Shown: in pieces, positions 57,481 to 64,000 of the stretch
Layout: every line of letters begins with the position of its first letter
How positions within the stretch are numbered: the stretch's first letter is position 1
Source of the DNA: Octopus vulgaris
Lineage: Eukaryota
Assembly: GCA_951406725.2 (NCBI GenBank)
Contig: OX597821.1
Location: 109,926,001 to 109,990,000 of the forward strand
Length of the DNA stretch: 64,000 nt
Direction: 5' to 3'
Made by a program: the position numbers and the translations under genes
The notes under the pieces: generated by a model
What the model saw: the letters and a program-made list of their open reading frames with translations, nothing else
Told to the model about the DNA's origin: nothing
Database searches by the model: none

Positions 57481-58013
57481 TAATTAAAGAGACAGAAGGA
57501 AGAGAAAAACGTCTAAACAAAAGGAAGGAGAAAGAAAAAATTAACAGTTCAATAAAGTTTTTTTTTTTAAGCAAAGATGGAAGTGAGAGCAACAGTTCAA
57601 ACCACAGCAAAGGCCACTTGGTACTCCAGGCCAAAATTTAACACAATTGTAAAACAGTTAAAAAAATTATTCCAATTTTCTTCTAGGTACTCCTTAACAG
57701 GAACAACACTATTTTCAAACAAAAATTTTGGCAGGATACGCCCACCAAACCAAAGATTATCACAATTAAGTGAATAATATTTTCGCTCAGCTTCAGGTAG
57801 ACTAGAGTCTAGTGGGGGCATCTTTTCTGTAAAAATGATTTGCGACATACAACAGCCCCCCCCCCCCACACACACACTAGACGAAAGAAAGTCTTACCTT
57901 ACAGGTGAGTTTCATAGGCCTTCAATTTAAGACGGCTTCAGAAGCGCGTCTTACTGCTTCAGTGTCAAACACAACTCTAGCTCGCAGATGCACAATGGTA
58001 AGTAAGCTACTTA

Positions 58014-58357
58014 GGCGGCGAGCTGGCAGACACGTTAGCACACGGGGCGAAATGCGTAGCCGTATTTCGTCTGCCGTTACGTTCTGAGTTCAAATTCCGC
58101 CGAGGTCGACTTTGCCTTTCATCCTTTCGGGGTCGATAAATTTAGTACCAGTGAAGCACTGGGTTCGATATAATCGACTTGCTCGCTTCCCTAAAATTTC
58201 AAGGCCTTGTGCCTTCAGTATAAAGGGTTCGATAATTTATCGGGGTCGATAAATTAAGTACCAGTTTCGCACTGGGGTCGATGTAATCGACTTAATCCCT
58301 TTGTCTGTCCTTGTTTGTCCCCTCTATGTTTGACCCCTTGTGGGTACTAAAGAAATA
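58014..58357 (+). mobile_element. SINE family C
   Basis: GGCGGCGAGCTGGCAGA..GAGTTCAAATTCCGCCGAGGTCGACTTTGCCTTTCATCCTTTCGGGGTCGATAAA; partial duplication of the 3' part. Other copies at ~9920-10033, 12675-12800, 42215-42292, 49140-49335 and 61700-61820. Confidence 0.85.
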
Positions 58358-58694
58358 TACTTACCACACAACCACTCCTGCGCCTATATAAACATTCATT
58401 AAAAGATACCCATTTTCCTGAAAGTTATGAGAAAAGAAGTCAAATCGTGTGAATCTTCCGAAACTCATCTCTCCACCCTCTCGGAAAAATTATTTCCCAT
58501 AAATCCCTATACACTCTGAAGCCACAACATCTAAGCGGTATTTGCATAAAATTTTGCAAAAAGTATCCATTTTTCTGGATGTTATGAGGCAACAGAATCG
58601 GCGGCGTGTACATCTGTAGTAATACCCTTTTATTTTTACGATTTTTTTCATTTCAGGTTTATATCATTCATTGTTTGCAATATTCTCTCCACCA

Positions 58695-58765
<71 letters not shown>

Positions 58766-58910
58766 GTGCAATGAGTACAGATGGGATGCTGAATTGAAAT
58801 CTCTATGCTTTAGTAAAACTTGACACACTGCTTCTTTCTCTCATGTAGACATCCATACATATATATATGTATGAATTTATTAAATTTTTAAAACCATTTA
58901 CACATCAGAG

Positions 58911-59295
58911 TGGAGGCGCAATGGCCCAGTGGTTAGGGCAGCGGACTCGCGGTCGTAGGATCGCGGTTTCGATTCCCAGAACGGGCGTTGTGAGTGTTTA
59001 TTGAGCGAAAACACCTAAAAGTTCCACGAGGCTCCGGCCGGGGGTGGTGGTGATCCCTGCTGTACTCTTTCACCACAACTTTCTCTCACTCTTACCTCCT
59101 GTTTCTGTTGTACCTGTATTTCAAAGGGCCGGCCTTGTCACTCTCTGTGTCACGCTGAATATCCCCGAGAATTACGTTAAGGGGTACACATGTCTGTGGA
59201 GTGCTCAGCCACTTACACGTTAATTTCACGAGCAGGCTGTTCCGTTGAATTCGGATCAACCGGAACCCTCGTCGTCGTAACCGACGGAGTGCTTC
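58911..59295 (+). mobile_element. SINE family B head with tail type 3
   Basis: Same first ~185 bp, a third distinct 3' part. Confidence 0.85.
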
Positions 59296-59404
59296 CTTTC
59301 CCTACACATCAGAAGAAGAACAATCAAAAGATGAGCCAAAGAACAATTTTACAAACCTGTTGAAACCCCCCCCCCAAAATGTGTGTGTGTGTGTGTGTGT
59401 GCGT

Positions 59405-59442
<38 letters not shown>

Positions 59443-59692
59443 GTGAGTGTTTTATTCGTAAATTTTTTGCACCAGTTTTGAGGAAATATTTTCATTTTTT
59501 TTTTGCTTTTATTTTTGGCTTCAGGCATTCATGAAATTATCGTGTTTCGTGTACTCAAATGAACATTAAAAAATGTTTGCACTGTTCGGTTATACAACTA
59601 ATGTACACACAGAGTTCGTATAGACATTGTACATATACACGTATATTTTTGTCCTTCAGTAGTTTCAGAACAATCTGCAGTTATACTGCGGC

Positions 59693-59756
<64 letters not shown>

Positions 59757-59803
59757 GGTATGTATGTATGTATGTATGTATGTATGTATGTATGTATGTA
59801 TGC

Positions 59804-59863
<60 letters not shown>

Positions 59864-59864
<1 letters not shown>

Positions 59865-60305
59865 GGCGCAGGTGTGGCTGTGTGGTAAGTAGCTTGCTTA
59901 TTAAACACATAGTTCCGAGTTCAGCCCCACTCCGTGGCCATTTTGGCCAAGTGTCTTCTGCTATAGTCTCGGGCCGACCAAACACTTGTCAGTGAATTTG
60001 GTAGACGGAAACTGAAAGAAGCTCGTCGTATATATATTTATATACATATGTCTTTATGTGTGTGTGTTTGTATCTCTGTATGTCTGTGTTTGTCGCGCCG
60101 CCATTGCTTGACAACCGATGATGGTGTGTTTACGTCCCCGTAATCTAGCTTTTTGGTAAAAGAAGAAAAAAACAGATAGAATAAGCACTAGTCTTACAAA
60201 GAATAAGTTCTGGGGTCGATTTGTTCGACTAAAGGTGGTGCTCCAGCATGGCCGCAGTCAAATGGCTGAAACAAATAGAAGAAAGAAAGAATAAACGAAA
60301 AAGAA
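59864..60305 (+). mobile_element. SINE family A
   Basis: Full-length homology. Confidence 0.9.
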
Positions 60306-60334
60306 TATATATACAGGCACACACACACACACAC

Positions 60335-60380
<46 letters not shown>

Positions 60381-60603
60381 GTGTGCGTGTGTGTGTGTTA
60401 TATGTATAATCAACGTGCATGTGTGGTGCTAAAGTAATAAAATAATTAATCAATTTAGAATGGGGTAATTGAAAACTAATTAGTGCAGAGTTCTTTCGGG
60501 ACATAGAAAATATGATATCTGTTTGAAAGTATTCCTTTACATGACTTTGTGTATTTAACTAAGTGTTAATTAGTTATAAATCATGGCATTTCGTGCTAAT
60601 TAC

Positions 60604-60685
<82 letters not shown>

Positions 60686-61066
60686 TGAATAAATAATAAC
60701 TACATTAGCGTATGTGTGTATATATTTATATCTAAGGAGATATATATGTATGTATATAATGTGTGTATATATATATGTATATGTATTTATATACACTATA
60801 TTATATATACGTATGTCTATAGATATATGTATATATATTTATATATATATATGTATGTATATGATTATACATACATATATTATGTGTATGAGGTGTATGT
60901 GTGTGTGTGAGTGTGCGTGTGTGTGTGTGTGTATGGATGTATCTGTGAATGCAAGAGTGTTTCCTACGGTATCCAGTTTCAAAATATACACACCACCATT
61001 CATGCATATATACATATATACACACATGCACACACATGTCTCTGTCTGTCTGTCTGTCTCTCTCTT

Positions 61067-61113
<47 letters not shown>

Positions 61114-61398
61114 CTATCTATATATATATATACACACACACACGCATACACATGTATGTACGTATGTATATACGCATATACGCAGATCTGTCTGTACGTC
61201 TGTATGTGACAGTCCATTTGTGAAATTGCGCAAGTTCCCGCCCCTCCCTCGCCTCTTTACTGTTCCCACCTTTTCTCCCGCCCCCCGGGCCCATTATCAA
61301 CTATCAATACCATTTGAACTACACGTATCAATTCAATTATATGTGTATGTGTGTTTGTATGTATGTGTTTGTTTATATTTATGCTTGTGCATGTGTGC

Positions 61399-61446
<48 letters not shown>

Positions 61447-61844
61447 GTAACACTCTACACACTGGCACCACCACCACCACCACTTCTATCAAGTTTCCTG
61501 TCTGTCACACCACGTAGGTGACAGTCGCCATTAATCAGCTATGCAGTATTATTATCACATTTAATATAAAAATACTAACCTGAAAAGTGATCAGCTTACC
61601 ATATGGTCGGCTGTATACTTGTCCGGCTGGCTGACTGGCTGGTTGGATGGCTGGCTGGCTGACTGGCTGGCTGGCTGGCTGGCAGGGTGGATGGATGGAT
61701 GAAAGGAAGGATAAAACGCAAAGTCGATCTCGGTGGAATGTGAACTCAGAACGCAAGACAGACAAAATGCCACTGAGCATTTTTGCACGGCGAGTAAACG
61801 ATTCAGCCAGCACGCCTCCTTAACTTTCGGATCTGTCAAGGTAT

Positions 61845-62062
61845 TTTTTTTATGGCCCACAGGGGGCTAAACATAGGGGGGGACAAACAAGGACAGACAA
61901 ACGGATTAAGTCGATTATATCGACTCCAGTGCTTAACTGGTACTTACGAAAGGATGAAAGGCAAAGTCGACCTCGGCGGAATTTGAACTCAGAACGTAAC
62001 GGCAGACGAAATACGGCTACGCATTTCGCCCGGCGCGCTAACGTTTCTGCCAGCTCGCCGCT
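61845..62062 (-). mobile_element. SINE family C
   Basis: Reverse-complement homology to 58014-58357. Confidence 0.85.
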
Positions 62063-62143
62063 TTCCCGGTCAAGGTATATTAAGAATCAACAGAAAGTAA
62101 AAAATACTCAATAAAGTTTCAACTTTTAACTACTTGCCTCATA

Positions 62144-62348
62144 CAGGGTCGGCCAAAAATCACCTGACAGTAAATTAAAACCCCATTTAATTCCAAGTTT
62201 CATTTATGCTTAGCTATTGAATGAGACTTCGCTAATAAATAGACATATTCGATTATTAAACATTCATAATTGGAATGAATAAATAAAATTGAATATTAAG
62301 TATTTATGGAATTTTGATATACTGTCGAGTGACTTTTGGCCATCCCTG
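62144..62348. mobile_element. Tc1/mariner-type MITE
   Basis: TIRs CAGGGTCGGCCAAAAATCAC..CAGTA / TACTG..GTGACTTTTGGCCATCCCTG, TA on both sides. Confidence 0.85.
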
Positions 62349-62638
62349 TATATGTTTAATAACAATTTGATTCATCTTTACTTAAAGTTTTGTGGGCGTA
62401 GGATGTATTCAGTTTATCAGATGTTAGTTTAAACTGATAGATGGACAGTTGCTATAATGCTATTGCACATTATAATCTTATTTCCTCCTCTATATTCCAG
62501 CATATTTTGACATGTATTAGATTACGTAACATTGTTATACTCAAGTATTGATCCCATTTTCTAACGCGGGAAATGTGTACGTATATTTTTAAGTGACGTC
62601 TGTAGTATGCTGTATACACACACACACACATGCACGTA

Positions 62639-62717
<79 letters not shown>

Positions 62718-62875
62718 CCTATGTTAGAAAAAGGGATCAACCCTTCAGTATAATTGTATACATATATGCTCATGGCGCTGTAATCGCCCAAAAACACCGA
62801 TTCGTTAGCTTTCACTTTTAGCTGTGTAAGCGTCTTGACGCCCTTGGTCGCATACAGCGACAATTACACACACAC

Positions 62876-62974
<99 letters not shown>

Positions 62975-63037
62975 CATACATATATATATATATATAAATT
63001 ATATATATATATGCATATATACATACATATGTACATG

Positions 63038-63077
<40 letters not shown>

Positions 63078-63644
63078 TATACGGGTTCAGGACGTAACAA
63101 AACGTAAACAACATGTAATACGAAAAATGTACAAGGCTAACAAAAGGTTTTATGATTGGTATTGAATTCCAGGTAGTCTGCAGTCGAGATCCGAAGTCGG
63201 AGTCCATCATCAGTCAACTTTGTAAATCGATGGTTGCATTACCAAGTTAATATGGCATGTTTTCACCAAATGATATATAAGAAAATGGCATAAATAATGG
63301 GTTTCATACATTTATTTGGGCATTGTAGACTTAGAGGTGTTTCTGATCTAAAATTTGGTTGCGTACATGGTTCAGTTTACCCAGTCGATTGAAGGAGTCC
63401 AAAACATCAACTGTCACTTGATACATTGACTCTGAGTATGTGAGCATTCTAACGCTATATTTTCAATAGATCGATGGATCGATTGAGTACACTGAAGCAT
63501 GAACGCACCCATAATCTACATCAGAAAAAACCGTAAGTCTATAATGCTTTAACAACAACATGTATATATATAAACACACACACACGCACACACACGCGCA
63601 CACACACACACACACACACATACACACACACACATATATATATT

Positions 63645-63990
63645 TATTTATTACCCACAAGTGGCTAAACACAGAGGTGACAAACAAAGACAGACAAAGG
63701 GATTAAGTCGATTACATCGACCTCAGTGCGTAACTGGTACTTAATTTATCGACCCCGAAAGGATGATAGGCAAAGTCGACCTCGGCGGAATTTGAACTCA
63801 CAACGTAACGGCAGGCGAAATATTTATTTCTTTACTACCCACAATGGGCTAAACACAGAGAGAACGAACAAGGGCAGACAAATGGATTACATCGATTATA
63901 TCGATCCCAGTGCGTAACTGAGACTTATTTAATCGACCCCGAAAGGATGAAAGGTAAAGTCGACCTCGGCGGAATTTGAACTCAGAACGA
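63645..63990 (-). mobile_element. Two tandem 5'-truncated SINE family C copies
   Basis: Repeat of ACCCACAA..GGCTAAACACAGAG..GGCAAAGTCGACCTCGGCGGAATTTGAACTC. Confidence 0.85.
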
Positions 63991-64000
63991 ATAAAAAGAA

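Overview
AT-rich, microsatellite-saturated eukaryotic non-coding DNA, most likely intronic or intergenic sequence of a coleoid cephalopod. The Octopus-like assignment is inferred from the tRNA-derived SINE families and the repeat landscape. No intact host gene is recognisable, and almost all ORFs in the track are translations of (TA)n/(CA)n/(TAA)n/(GAT)n tracts. The real coding remnants all come from transposons: a 5'-truncated Penelope-like element (PLE; RT + GIY-YIG), four R4/Dong-type LINE fragments sitting in (TAA)n, RTE-type LINE 3' ends, a mariner remnant and an ORF1-like remnant. There are also about 30 SINE copies from several families and several MITEs. The most striking signal is a high density of minimal type-I hammerhead ribozyme (HHR) motifs in PLE pseudo-LTR-like modules. 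One family occurs at three loci and joins a tRNA-like Pol III head (perfect A/B boxes), a (TAA)n spacer and an HHR-bearing 3' module. At two of the loci it is integrated as a head-to-head inverted duplication with an extra ~35-nt tail, and one of these has a 10-bp TSD. It is a candidate Penelope-mobilised, ribozyme-containing SINE (retrozyme-like). Element boundaries were read by eye and are approximate unless TIRs, TSDs or motifs are quoted.
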